Source of the DNA: Eledone cirrhosa
Lineage: Eukaryota
Assembly: GCA_964016885.1 (NCBI GenBank)
Contig: OZ024740.1
Span: 282,038,001 to 282,102,000, forward strand
Length of the DNA: 64,000 nucleotides
Direction: 5' to 3'
The notes below the pieces were generated by a model. It worked only from the letters and a program-made list of their open reading frames with translations, did not search any database and was not told where the DNA came from. The translations under genes were made by a program, and so were the position numbers. Of this stretch, positions 51,982 through 64,000 are shown in pieces. Each line of letters opens with the position of its first letter. The first letter of the stretch is position 1.

Positions 51982-52854
51982 AATGATTTCTTTATTGGCC
52001 AAAAGGGCTGACATCAAGAAAAACATTACAGACGGCACAGGACGGTACAGGACGGTACGATGTAGGTTTTGCGCGTGTAAAGATTTTTATTATTTATATA
52101 AGAAAAGAAAAAAAAGACATAGAAACAGATGAAAATGAAAATTCAAACAATGAAAAATTCCCCAATAGGGGGGAAACCTCCGAGGGACACTCGTGGCGAA
52201 AACCACATAATAGACCACGGCCACCCTGACCACCAGGGCAAGCGCTCTCTCTCAATGTTTCCATTTTTCAAACTACAGGCGTATATTCCGAGCGGTGCGT
52301 TAACTCGGACCATTCTCGCTACATTCACCCACCTTTCAACAAACTTGCTAGAAGGCAGCACTTGCCTCTCCACCCTGATTTTCCTCTTCAAGTGAAACTT
52401 GAAAAAGGTAATCAGGGATTCGTCGAAGAGGAAAGTGTCTGTTTTTAACCCTTTCAACCTTGTCCATCACACAATCTCTTTCTCCATGGCCACTAGGCAG
52501 ATGAAAACCGTCTGCCCTTCCTCTTCGAAGGAAGACGGCGAGACCATCTGCACAATAGACTCAGTCGATAACCGGATCACTCCTACACGCGACAGCAACT
52601 GTTCGACATAGCTCCACAAGTCAGCAATGCTCGAGCACTGAACGAGTGCGTGCACGACGGTTTTGTTGCTCTGCGCGCATCTCGGACAGGCTCGGATGAC
52701 GGCATCTCCGTGCCTGTAGAGCTTATCTCGAACCAGCAATGCTCCCTGGTAGCACTGCCAAGCCAGGGATTTTTGGAAGTTATCCATAGGCCCTGGACTG
52801 AAAGTTCTCCGGAAGAGAGCAAACAGCTGATCTTCGACGCCCAGGATCTCTCCG
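51982..52854 (-). mobile_element. Tx1 copy C, 3' fragment of the A family
   Basis: Close match to 39884-40788. Confidence 0.9.
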
Positions 52855-52992
52855 TTGCCTCTTTCTTCCCCTTCAAGCTGTCCAAACAACATCTTCTGGT
52901 TGTTGTCAAACATGCGGTTCTGTCTAAACTGACTGACTCTGTTCTCATAACGCCTAATCTTTGATCTTTTTGCTACAATGCGTTGCTTCAGT
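52855..52992 (-). mobile_element. Internal pre-RT fragment of an R4/Dong-type LINE fused to Tx1 copy C
   Basis: LKQRIVAKRSKIRRYENRVSQFRQNRMFDNNQKMLFGQL resembles the conserved region upstream of R4-clade RT. Confidence 0.7.
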
Positions 52993-53013
52993 ATTTTTAT
53001 TATTATTATTATT

Positions 53014-54040
53014 GTTCTTTGAGTCTCAGTGATTGATGTTATTTAACTGGAAAGTGTGTTGAAATGAATATCAAGCCGCGATCTGTAGCCTCAGATATTC
53101 AGGACGTATCGGAGGGTTCTTGATGTTCCCAGCAAGCATGCCTTTTGAAGTGTTCTAAAAAGCGGGGCTGGACTAATTTGGAAACTCTTTGAGATAGTAC
53201 CTAGTGCGCCTATGACATTCGGGACGACTCTGACTTCATGGCAGTTCCAAATCCTTTTTACCTCCCACTTTAAGTCCTTGTATCGGTTAATTTTCTCCCT
53301 CTCCTTTTCTTGCAATCTCGTGTCGAACGGGCAGGCTACATCCACAATCAGGCACGATCTTTTTTCCTTGTCCAAAACCACCATGTCAGGCCTATTGTGT
53401 TCCAGTTTCTTTTCCGTCTGTATCCTAAAATCCCACAGCACCTTCACCTGGTCGTTTTCTATCACCGACTCTGGCTTATGCTCATACCTCTTCTCAGAAT
53501 GTGGTAAATTGTTTACTTTGCATAGGTGCCAGTGGATCACCCTGCCCATCATGTCTCCAGCCTTTATAGTGAGTCTGGGCTAGGTGTTTACACTCGGATA
53601 CAATGTGAGCCACAGTCTCCTCTCTCTATCCACAGATCCTGCACAGTGGGCTAGCCTCCTCCTTGTAAATGTGGTGTTTCACCTACTTCGTTCTGAGGGC
53701 TGCTCTTGTGCAGCCATTAGCATTCCTTCTGTAGCCTTTTTAACCAGTTCCATGTCTGTGGATCTCTAAATTCAGTTTTCTCAAAGAAGGTACTATGAAG
53801 GGATTTTTCATGAAGGTTGCTCTTCCTCCTTGTTGTTATTTCCTCCTTGGACATCCCCTTTCTATTGTCCTCTCCTTCAGTACAATTATGAGCATTGGCT
53901 CCCTACTGTCAGTCACGTATTTGTGCAGGTTGTTTTTCTTCATCTGAACACAGTCCTCTATGCTGATAAGACCTCTTCCACCTTCATATCTCTTTAAGTA
54001 GAGTCTATCGACATCACTCCTCTTGTGGAACATGTTGTAG
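53014..54040 (-). mobile_element. 5'-truncated R4/Dong-type LINE (thumb, CCHC, restriction-like endonuclease)
   Basis: DVDRLYLKRYEGGRGL, TEGMLMAAQEQ, CRICG..ETVAHIVSEC, LWDFRIQT..HNRPD, VDVACP, EKINRY; (AAT)n tail on the element strand. Confidence 0.88.
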
Positions 54041-54065
54041 ATTATTATTATTATTATTATTATTA

Positions 54066-54576
54066 TTCTTTGAGTCTCAGTCATTGATGTTAGTTAACTG
54101 GAAAGTTTGTTGAAATGAATATCAAGCCACTACCTGCAGCCTCAGATATTCAGGACGTATCGGAGGGTTCTTGCTGTTCCCAGCAAGCATGTCTTTTGAA
54201 GCGTTCCAAAAAGCGTGAAGGGGCCAATTTTCTTTAACCATCTCTGGAAACTTTTTGAGATAGTACCTAGTGCGCCTATGACAATCGGGATCACTTTGAC
54301 TTCATGGCAGTTCCAAATCCTTTTTACCTCCCACTTTAAGTCCTGGTATCGGTTAATTTTCTCCCTCTCCTTCTCTTGCACTCTCGTGTCGAATGGGCAG
54401 GCCACATCCACAATCAGGCACGATCTTTTTTCTTTGTCCCCAACCACCAGGTCAGGTCTATTGTGTTCCAGTTTCTTGTCCGTCTGTATCCTAAAATCCC
54501 ACAGCACCTTCACCTGATCGTTTTCTATCACCGACTCTGGCTTATGCTCATACCTCTTCTCAGAATGTGGTAAACT
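54066..54576 (-). mobile_element. 5'-truncated R4/Dong-type LINE, same family
   Basis: REL domain C-terminus and 3' UTR nearly identical to 53014-53505. Confidence 0.88.
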
Positions 54577-54602
54577 ATTATTATTATTATTATTATTATT
54601 AT

Positions 54603-54907
54603 TACAGTTGCATTTATCTTGCTTTATGTTCATACGAGTTATCACCAAGTCACAACCAGTGACCTCAAGAGACAACAAGGTCCGCCATGTTCAAGAAAGA
54701 ACATACATACTCACACATGCATCTTTAGTGTTTAGACTTGTGATGTACTTATATTGACAGAATCTTCCTTAGTATATGGGCAGTTCCCATTAGTACTATC
54801 TTTTGTATTTCTCGTATACGCGGGTTTCCTGGGATTTGCGATAAGTAATCATTAGACCCTTAGGTATCATTCCCAGAGCGCCTACAACCACTGGTATTGT
54901 TTTAGTT
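54603..54907 (-). mobile_element. 3' fragment of a second R4-type family
   Basis: KTIPVVVGALGMIPK / DYLSQIPGNPRIREIQKIVLMGTAHILRKILSI* (1-nt frameshift); different 3' UTR. Confidence 0.75.
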
Positions 54908-54942
54908 TATTATTATTATTATTATTATTATTGTTGTTGTTA

Positions 54943-55266
54943 TTCCTTGAATCTCAGTCATTGATGTTGGTTAACTGGAAAGTCCGTTGGATTGAATATC
55001 AAGCCACTACCTGCAGCCTCAGATATTCAGGACGTATCGGAGGGTTCTTGCTGTTCCAAGCAAGCATGCCTTTTGAAGCGTTCCAAAAAGCGTGAAGGGG
55101 CCGATTTTCTTTAACCATCCCTGGAAACTTTTGGAGATAGTCCCCAGTGCGCCTATGACAATCGGGATCACTTTGACTTCATGGCAGTTCCAAATCCTTT
55201 TCACCTCCCACTTTAGGTCCTGGTATCGGTTAATTTTCTCCCTCTCCTTCTCTTGCACTCTCGTGT
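54943..55266 (-). mobile_element. 5'-truncated R4/Dong-type LINE, third copy of the main family
   Basis: TRVQEKEREKINRYQDL...LRYVLNI* plus the shared 3' UTR. Confidence 0.88.
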
Positions 55267-55317
55267 TATTATTATTATTATTATTATTATTATCATTATT
55301 ATTATTATTATTATTAT

Positions 55318-55472
55318 GTGTATAAATATGCAACTTAACAATATTATGCAATTGACAATGCATATAATGTTGAAACCGGTATTGTAAATAAATTAATGTT
55401 TTGATATTTCACTGAAAGAATCTCTTCAGCATTTTCTACTGAAAAAATCTTTTTCCTTTCTACAATTTGTTT
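55318..55472 (-). repeat. Right arm of the long-range inverted repeat, with a decayed HHR
   Basis: Minus strand: AAATG-CTGAAGA-GAT...ATC-AAAAC ATTAAT. Confidence 0.8.
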
Positions 55473-55511
55473 ATATATATATATATCAACTCGTGTTTTA
55501 CTTTTTTACAT

Positions 55512-55550
<39 letters not shown>

Positions 55551-55552
55551 TT

Positions 55553-55763
55553 ATTTATTAAAATAACAGATTAAAGTTTAAGCAAAGAATCGCTGCTTTC
55601 ACCCTTAACGGGATCTTCTGAAACTCTTCTGAAAGCAGCGATTCTTTGGTTAAACTTTAATCTGTTATTTTAATAAATATTTGCTCTACGGTTCTTATAT
55701 ATTTGATATATATTTATCCTTATCGAGCCCTCTTTGGATTTTAGTCTTCAATTTTATTATTAT

Positions 55764-55768
<5 letters not shown>
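55553..55768. repeat. (TA)n-flanked palindrome (49-bp arms) with a tail; same family at about 16783-16890
   Basis: 55553-55601 is the near reverse complement of 55630-55678. Confidence 0.85.
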
Positions 55769-55829
<61 letters not shown>

Positions 55830-55847
55830 ATAAAATGTGTTTTGCAG

Positions 55848-55964
55848 AGCTATCAACATGGTGGTAGCGGTCAAAGGTTAGTTATGGATGCCCCACCACG
55901 TGCCAGCACCGGGATGTATCAACAACAACCTGACAACTGGATGGACCAATCATATGGACCTTGA
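55848..55964 (+). CDS. MFSD6: MFSD6-like terminal coding exon
   Basis: ttttgcAG| phase 0; [38 protein letters not shown]; matches the phase-0 donor at 33402. Confidence 0.7.
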   Translation, partial: SYQHGGSGQRLVMDAPPRASTGMYQQQPDNWMDQSYGP

Positions 55965-56220
55965 GTTCTAAGTCAACATTGATGCAAGCTTCTCAAAATA
56001 CCAATGTTTCAAAATGTGTGTTCACCATTCAACAGTTGATGTCAGGTTACCAGTTATTTAGTCAAATAAATATCCCAATCTACAACACATTTAAATGTAT
56101 CAAAATACGTGCATACGCACAGACACAGACACACACACACATATATATATATATATACACACTCAAACTCACTATCATGCACGCATATACGAAGTATACA
56201 CACATATATACACATGCATG

Positions 56221-56416
<196 letters not shown>

Positions 56417-56435
56417 TCTATCTATCTATCTATCT

Positions 56436-56469
<34 letters not shown>

Positions 56470-57524
56470 AGCATGTGTTGGTGTATGAAGCCTGTTTAGT
56501 CGGGATAAATTTTTCTGGTGTCATTGAAAGTTTTGAATTCTTTTTAAATGCTTACCTTTTGGAATTTGAAATTAGTAGTTGATATAAGATATTGAAAGAA
56601 AAAATGTCTCAAAACTGCCTAGAAAAAAATAGCGTCCTTTATGTGTGGCTTTCAAATGGCATTAGCAATAATTTTGCAAACTCTATTTCTACATTTTTAC
56701 TGAAATTAACCTCGTGAAAAACTAGTCTCTTTATAGTGATTTCTAACAAAAGTTTTGTGCATTTTTCTGAATGAAGTGAGCGGAAGATTATTTTAATAGA
56801 ATATTTATTACTTTGTGGAAAATGGCAGTTGTTTCATTTGTACTTTTTGGTGGGGTTGGGTTTAGCTGTGATTAATATTTAACTATTTTTATGGGAGGTT
56901 AATTCGTTGAGTACTCAGAATTTATTAAGTTTAGCAGAGTGAAGGCATGATAAAGCATCTGTAGTTTAGTTATTTTGGTTTTCTTTACATATTTTCAGCA
57001 CGAATGCATATAGGTAGACGTGTGAATTTTGAGGTTGCGATTTTAATATTTTGGAAAAAAAAAAATCTCTAATTGGTAACTTGAAATACTCAACAATTGT
57101 TTTAATATATCTAAAATTTGTTGGAGTAGCATGGTGGTGTTTGTAACGGCTGTGATTCCCCTGTTGAGTATATAATAGCCGGAACGCAGCGTAAGGAAAT
57201 ATGACGGTGGGCATGTTTGAAGAAAATCAATCATTTATATTTACTCTTATTTGACCAATTACTTTTCGAAATATTATATACATATACAAATGATTTTGAA
57301 CAGTTTGATTCACTGCGCTATATGATGGTAAATAGGTTTGGTGAAAGCACAGAGATTTGGAATAAATTATATGGAATAATTTTCCATATTTTAATTTAGC
57401 AATACTGATATTGACCGAACCTACATATCATCACAGTGCACTATTTTTAGATGGTAGCTGTCATGCAATAACTATTAGACAGAGCCATCTTACGTTACTT
57501 TAATTCTTGATCGCCGATTCAGAG

Positions 57525-57530
57525 AATAAA
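57525..57530 (+). promoter_or_regulatory. Candidate polyadenylation signal
   Basis: AATAAA followed by a GT/T-rich stretch; alternatives exist (e.g. 56065) and the DNA is AT-rich. Confidence 0.3.
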
Positions 57531-57911
57531 TGTTTTTAACTGTGGTTTGTTCACTTTTTTTCTTAAACAAAATGTAATATATGACAGTTAAATTTTCTTT
57601 TCAGTCAAGCGACACGTTCCTTGTCAGTTTGATTAGTTTATTCAGTATATATACAGTATATATACAGACAATGTTTACTGGATAATTCTAATATCAACTT
57701 TACATATATTTACTACAAAATGAGATACCCAGTCTTACCATCTCTTCTCAGATGGATACATTTTTATATTTGTCATACTAATTAAACCATATGTGACATA
57801 AAATGAAAAGTGGATGTTTTATATATATATCAAAGGCATGTATTGAGTTAGAAACTCAAAATAGTCTCATTACAGTCTAATTAGCTCTAGGAAAGAGGTT
57901 TTTCCGAGCCG

Positions 57912-58036
57912 TATAGTATAACTGAACAAAAAAGAAAAACGAACACAGACAATCGTAATGGACCAGAATCTGGTCCATTACGATTTGAACACATATATGT
58001 ATATGTCTGCGTTCGTTTTTCTTTTTTGTTCACTTA

Positions 58037-58043
<7 letters not shown>
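57912..58043. repeat. Nested palindrome abutting (TA)n
   Basis: Outer arms 57912-57951 / 58004-58043; inner perfect 17-bp hairpin at 57951-57985 with a 1-nt loop. Confidence 0.9.
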
Positions 58044-58117
<74 letters not shown>

Positions 58118-58157
58118 ATTTTGATTCCGCTTACACCTGCCCTCAAAACAGCTTTTA

Positions 58158-58229
58158 TACTACTACTACTACTACTGCTGCTGCCACCGCTGCCACCACC
58201 ACCGCCGCCGTCGCTGTCACCACCACCAT

Positions 58230-58287
<58 letters not shown>

Positions 58288-58329
58288 GCCGCCGCCACCA
58301 CAGCCGCCACCACCACCATCACCACCACC
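58158..58329. repeat. Compound trinucleotide microsatellite (CTA/CCA/CCG/CTG)
   Basis: Directly visible. Confidence 0.95.
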
Positions 58330-59029
58330 AAACATATTCTATTCGAAAATTACATCTGTTCACACACATATAAGAAAGAACCCCCACCACGCATATATAG
58401 GCCTGCATATAAAAAGATGTAGAACTTAAAGACAAGGCTACACATTGGTTATATAAAGAAATATTTGAATAACAGATTGGAATATTTGAGTTTCTAAAAG
58501 AAAGTCAGTTGAATTGCTTAATACTAATAAAGTCTACACAGCCAGAAAGATTCTTAAAATATTGCAAACGTTATTTAAATTTATCAACCAGAAAATCTTT
58601 TCCATCCATTATTTTCTGAAAGGAAAGAGAAATAATATCAGCGATTATACATACATTTATAAATGGCTTTGTTCCCCGACAATAGGTTCACATTTGTACT
58701 AATCATTATTAATGTATTGGACTATTTAATAGAAATCTGAAAATTTTTGGATTCTTTACAAAACGAGCACGAACGATTTGCTTGTATCCTGAAGATTCAA
58801 TCAATCAATTCAACAAGGAAGATTAATTAGATATTAGAACCATTCTCCATTTGAGTTCATGTCGGCAGTATATCCACAACAGCATGAATTATTAACATGC
58901 GTATGTATACTATTGGACAAAATATACTGAAACATTTTAATGAAAACAAAATTTCTGTTTTAACAGAGATGGAACCAAAGCTTCTAACTGCTCGGTTAAT
59001 GGACCAAACACAGCATTATTAATAGATAG

Positions 59030-59237
59030 AGGGGCGGTGGATTGGCAGAGGGGCGGTGGATTGGCAGTATCGGTAGAAAGTCGGGGGCCATGCTTTCCAG
59101 CATAGTTACGTCCCTTTACGGTCTAAGTTCATATCCCGCCGAGGTTAACTTTGCCTTTCATCCTTACTGGTCTATAAAATAAGGTACCAGTAATGTATAG
59201 GGTAATTGCTGGCCTTGTGTCAAAAATAGAAACAATT
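59030..59237 (+). mobile_element. Nin-domain SINE with a duplicated 5' head
   Basis: AGAGGGGCGGTGGATTGGC occurs twice; TSD-like ATTATTAATA. Confidence 0.88.
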
Positions 59238-60599
59238 ATTAATATATTGTTAAAATGATCCCATTCTTATTAAGTATATTAATAAGTTAAAAGAATAACC
59301 TTTGGTGCTGAAACACAGATTCTTGGGAGTAATCTATATCATTTTTATCAAACAATGAGATTAAATTAATCCGTAAACTAATGATAATCTGTGACAGAAT
59401 AAATTAGATTGGAAATAAAGTAAAATAGAAGTATACTATCTTTTTTCTTCTTTAGTAAAGACCCTAGCCGTAACTTCAGTCTCCACTCTATCTCACATCT
59501 CACTAACGAACACATATTTTGACAAACCAGCGAGGAAAGCGTTATGTGGTCACTTCACATTCAGCCCAAAGCACCCTAAAAAATCATGCCCATCTTTTTA
59601 AATAAGAAAAAGCACATTTGATACTACAAACGATTGGAAACCCATCGTTAATAGGGTTGTTCGCTACATATCCGTTCTTATATTGTCACATGCTCTAGTC
59701 CTTCGATGGCTGCAATTTGAAACGTATTATTTGTATTAAAAGGGAATACATAATTAGGGTTTGTCTTTTTGTTTTCTATCATAGATAAGAATGTTGGTTA
59801 AGTTGGCATCTTCGGAAAGTGTTATGGCTTGGTTCAATTTTGCATTTCATACTAATATTGCCTTCGCAAATACATTATGAACAATCACATTTTGTATGTC
59901 ATATTTACTTGTTCATTTACGTTAAAGATGAGACCCTTGTAACTATCTATTGATTAAGATGTCAGTTCTTTTGGAGACATATTTTCTTCGGAGAAATAGC
60001 CTTCTGGAGTGTAATGATTATATATCCTATTACACAAGGGTAGTTATTATACTTTCTAAGCTATTAGTATTCTATGACAGTATAAATATTGACTACTAAT
60101 ACGACGACTGCTTGCACATTGCAGAATGCGTTTATATCATAAAGTTAATTATCCTTCAGGCTAATATCGTGTTATGTCGGGAGGGGCTTCAGGTAGAGAT
60201 AATGAATTATATAAAGTTGTATCAAGAGATATTTTGATTAGAATTTAATAAAATATATGATGGCTGTGTTTTATATAGGGAATAATGAACTATATGATAA
60301 TATGGCGCGAAGGATTTGACATTATCATGTGTTAGAACACATCGATTCGAATTTCGATTAATTTCCCTTGATTTCTGCACATGACGGCTGTCCAACTTGG
60401 TATAACTACCAGGTGTACCGATATGCTTATTTACAAGCGAATATCCACCTTGTTAATTCTATCACTACAGTGGTAATTTAATCAAATTACTCCAATCAGG
60501 TTTCATTAAATTTACGGAAATATTTTCATGATGCAACCAATACTACGTGGTTAGGTTCCCTTAAGAACCATTTAGTTATCTTAACGTTTGCCTTTGTAT

Positions 60600-60820
60600 A
60601 TTAGTTCGTCAAGTATGAAATTTGTAGAAATTTGTTTTTTTTCTACACATTTCTACAAATTTCATACTTGACGACCTAATAATTGAGGAAAATCCGTGAT
60701 TCAGAGTTCTCCCTTCCACAATAACTTCAGTTAAATAATTCTCTTTTTTGTATATATATATATACAAAAAAGAGAATTATTTAACTAAAAATTATTTAAC
60801 AAAAAAGAGAATTATTTAAT
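60600..60820. repeat. Two adjacent palindromes at the 5' junction of the Naiad element
   Basis: Arms 60600-60631 / 60649-60680; perfect palindrome at 60729-60786 centred on (TA)n. Confidence 0.88.
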
Positions 60821-60821
60821 T

Positions 60822-63075
60822 ACTTATGGCTAGGTAGACCATCATTGAATTCAACGGAGCACTCTGGACTAGAAAAGACAGAATAGACAACTTTGACATC
60901 ACTATGGGCTCAAGTGACTCTGCGCAAATCACCGATTTAGTTGGAATTTACCTATTACATAACATCAGAGCTGAAATCCAACCTTTGCAAGGCGGAATAT
61001 ATAGGGACGACGCCCTATTTGCAATCCACAATTGCACTAATCGAGGCATTGACTTTCTCAAAAAACAATTACAATGATTCTTTAAAAATAACGGTCTCTC
61101 TATCACCATCGAGCCGAACCATAAAGTAGTAAACTTCCTAGACGTTACCCTAGATCTTAACAATAACATATATTACCCTTATCATAAACCAGGTGAAATA
61201 CTTACATATATTAGCCCACACTCTAACCACCCACCGGCAGTCATCAGAGCAGTCATTAAATCTTATAGGATCTCCATGCTATCAGCAAATAAGGAGATAT
61301 TTATAAACCATGCGGCATATTATAATAAGGCTCTTTCTGAATCTGGTTATAAACAGTCCATTTACCACATACCTAAATGCCATAACACAGCACTTCACCA
61401 CAACCATAATAAACTTAACACTAGAACTAGAAATACCTTGGCATATAGCGAGATTCGCCGGAATTTTAGCAGTAACAGCACCTATACCGGGAACCTTAAT
61501 GGTGGCAGAAGCCTACTTCCAACTCCAAGTAGCAGACTCAGAATCAACTCTAGAATAGGAATGAGCAATGGGATGACAAATAACAAATGCCCAGGTAATA
61601 ATAACCATATGAAGGCCCCTACCAACTCCACTAGAACCCCTAGAAGGAATAGGCCTAGAAATATCACCTGGCTTAACGCCCCATTCTCATCTAATCTAGC
61701 CACTAATATCCCTAAACGCTTCTTCTCTATCCTATCTACCCCCCCCCCCCAACCATAGATATTACAAACTCTTTAATAAAAACAACATTAAAATCTCATT
61801 CTCCACAACACCTAACCTAGCTAGCCACATCGCATTCAGTAACCATCATAAACTAAGACAGCATAACTACCACACCGCGGTACCACCACCCCCATCAAAT
61901 ACACCACGCCACTATACCAATACTTACTCTAGTAGCACACCTCCCCCATCTAATTCTTCTAGCACGGACCAACCGCATAGTTTAAACAACCCTACTCTCA
62001 CTAACTGCAGAAGTAACTGCAACTGCCGTTACCCTAATGCATGCCCACTAAATGGACATTGCCTGACACCCAATATAGTTTATAGGTGCACAGTTAAAAT
62101 TGCTTTGCATACCAGCTCCTATATCGGCTCTACCTCTAACCCTTTTAAGGCACGCTATAAGGCGCACTCTTTTTCATTCCGAGACCCTAACAACAGATGT
62201 TCGACATCTCTAGCTAGGCACATTAAAAACCTTAAATTAACCAACATTGAACACACACTAACATGAGATATCTTGGCTAGGCTCCAACCGTTCAATGGAC
62301 GAAGAAACTCTTGTGACCTCTGTCTTACCGAAGTATATTACATAACTCTATCACGACCTCTACCGATTAACGATAGAACAGAGGTAACTATTAGCTGTCA
62401 ACATCGAAGGGCTAATTCCTTCGCCAACAGAATATTGGACCCAACATAGTCATCTAGCCCCATTTTTACTTATAGCTAATAAGTTAAATAGTTATAGCTA
62501 ACTTAGATAATTATAAGTTACCTCCCTTACATTATCTCTCAATAAAAAAAAAAAATAGCACTTCTTAACTATAAACTACCCACAATTTCTAATTTCTCGA
62601 GGAGTTACTTCCCCTGAAACCACCCTCTAATTAGTAAGGTAAATATGTCAATTGGCGGCCATCTTGTAACCCATAGGCAGATCTCACACAATGCAGCCGC
62701 GACAGAAGAATATTGCTCGACTATGGCAGACAATAGATATACCCAGGACACCATAGGGAAATACCAATATATGGAACATTACATTCATGTAACATTCTTT
62801 CCTTATTTTAATTTATATTCCTTTTGAAGTTCCGATGAGCTGCTCTAATTGTACCTAAGTTAATTATTTTCAACTGAACCAGATCAATAATGATCTATAA
62901 TCATTTGATCCAGAAATATTATATGGTGTAGCGAAACAATTGTAAACGGACATTATTATTATTAATATTATTATTATTATTCTCTACATTCCTTACATCA
63001 AACTAAAACTATGTTGACAATATTTTAATAATGTCTTCCTTGTGAAATTTGTGGTCTTGTTTTGCTTAACTAATG
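60822..63075 (+). mobile_element. 5'-truncated Naiad-type Penelope-like retroelement (RT plus GIY-YIG; coding remnant to 62449)
   Basis: FDITMGSSDSAQITDLVG, GIYRDD, VNFLDVTLDL, SNHPP, CNC...CPLNGHC, IVY...YIG...FKARY, CDLCLTE, CQH; in-frame stops and a frameshift in poly-C. Confidence 0.9.
62829..62947 (+). ncRNA. Type I hammerhead, CCGAUGA core variant with long stem II
   Basis: GTT-CCGATGA-GCTGC...GTAGC-GAAAC AATT GTA-AAC in the PLE 3' pLTR. Confidence 0.75.
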
Positions 63076-63153
63076 AATATATATATATAAATATATAAAA
63101 TAATTAAGTCAAATATGTAAAATTTGGCTTCGTTTATTACAAATTATAGATAT

Positions 63154-63208
63154 ACTGCTATATATATTTCAGTGAGAGCCATCATTGGCTGTGACCTCTT
63201 CAGGCAGT
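63154..63208 (-). ncRNA. Type I hammerhead (left arm)
   Basis: Minus strand: ACTGC-CTGAAGA-GGTCACAGCCAATGATGGCTCTCACT-GAAA TATATA TA-GCAGT. Confidence 0.85.
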
Positions 63209-63418
63209 CCGAATTGGTGTGGGAAGGATAGGTATACATGTTGTTGTCAGTACTCCGATATGTCCGGGCTCCTTGTAGTGTTGTTATTTCTCTTAGGAAC
63301 TGGAATTCCAGTTCCTAAGAGAAATAGCAACACTACCAGGAGCTGGACATATCGATGGATTGACGGAGTAAAACACACTTCAACAACATGTGTACCTGTC
63401 CTTCTCACACCAATTCGG

Positions 63419-63473
63419 ACTGCCTGAAGAGGTCACAACCAATGATGGCTGTCACCGAAATATATATAGCAGT
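63419..63473 (+). ncRNA. Type I hammerhead (right arm)
   Basis: ACTGC-CTGAAGA-GGTCACAACCAATGATGGCTGTCACC-GAAA TATATA TA-GCAGT; palindromic loop 3. Confidence 0.87.
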
Positions 63474-63625
63474 ATATCTATAATTTCTAATAAACGAAGC
63501 CAAATTTTACATATTTGACTTAATTATTTTACATTACTCCGTAGTAAACAAACCAACCTGCGTACTTTGTCGAGTGGTCCAAACTAAATACTGAGGTGTC
63601 GGTAAACAACCATCATATACTCAAA

Positions 63626-63677
<52 letters not shown>

Positions 63678-64000
63678 CTGCTATGCCCTCTGACCACCTC
63701 CCAGCACAAACAGACACACAGCACTCCCACTGCTTGACCACTTCCTGTTGCGCGCGCACCCCACATCTCTCCTCTTCCGACCATCTCTTCATGGAATACT
63801 CGTATGCGGAACTTGACCACCACGGAATCCACTAAAGATCATAGGATTTTACCCACTTTTGAACCATCCTCTTATGGGATCACCTATATAACTCACCCAC
63901 ACAACACACCCAAACAAATTTTTTTCTCCACACGCCACCTACACCCACAACACGCTTAAAACCCACACACACGTGCTTTCCACCACATATTTACACCCTC

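Larger units (their letters stand above)
63098..63530. repeat. Zero-spacer palindrome of about 430 bp centred on GAA|TTC (63305/63306)
   Basis: Arms are reverse complements with scattered substitutions and one indel region. Confidence 0.93.

Noticed and set aside
61075-62266. In-frame TGA codons in the Naiad ORF as selenocysteine (some Naiads encode selenoproteins)
   Set aside because: TGA 62264 sits at a conserved Trp position (TGG to TGA) and TGA 61075 is not at a Cys site. The ORF also has a TAG and a frameshift, so decay is the simpler explanation.

Overview
AT-rich, microsatellite- and transposon-dense animal genomic DNA. Repeat content suggests an octopod cephalopod; this is inferred from remembered repeat families, not from a search. 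The only host gene is the 3' half of an MFSD6-type major facilitator transporter on the + strand: six phase-compatible exons from 10954 to the stop at 55964, with a cytoplasmic tail carrying two NPF motifs. Introns and flanks hold about 20 copies of a tRNA-headed Nin/Deu-domain SINE, hAT MITEs, two Chapaev3-type transposons, a Helitron remnant, CRE-like tails, two near-full-length L1/Tx1 LINEs plus fragments, R4/Dong-type fragments and Naiad-type Penelope-like elements (PLEs). The most striking unannotated layer is a set of short islands inserted in (TA)n tracts that form palindromes or partial tandems and carry hammerhead ribozymes (HHRs). I could fold nine essentially complete ones by eye, plus several decayed ones. 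They include an island with HHRs on both strands (type III on +, type I on -), a recurrent CCGAUGA core variant and a zero-spacer palindrome with two outward-facing HHRs. One inverted pair of such arms brackets a 15.5-kb array in which Tx1 and R4 LINEs are sorted by the strand of the (AAT)n microsatellite. All structures were read manually; no folding or homology search was run.
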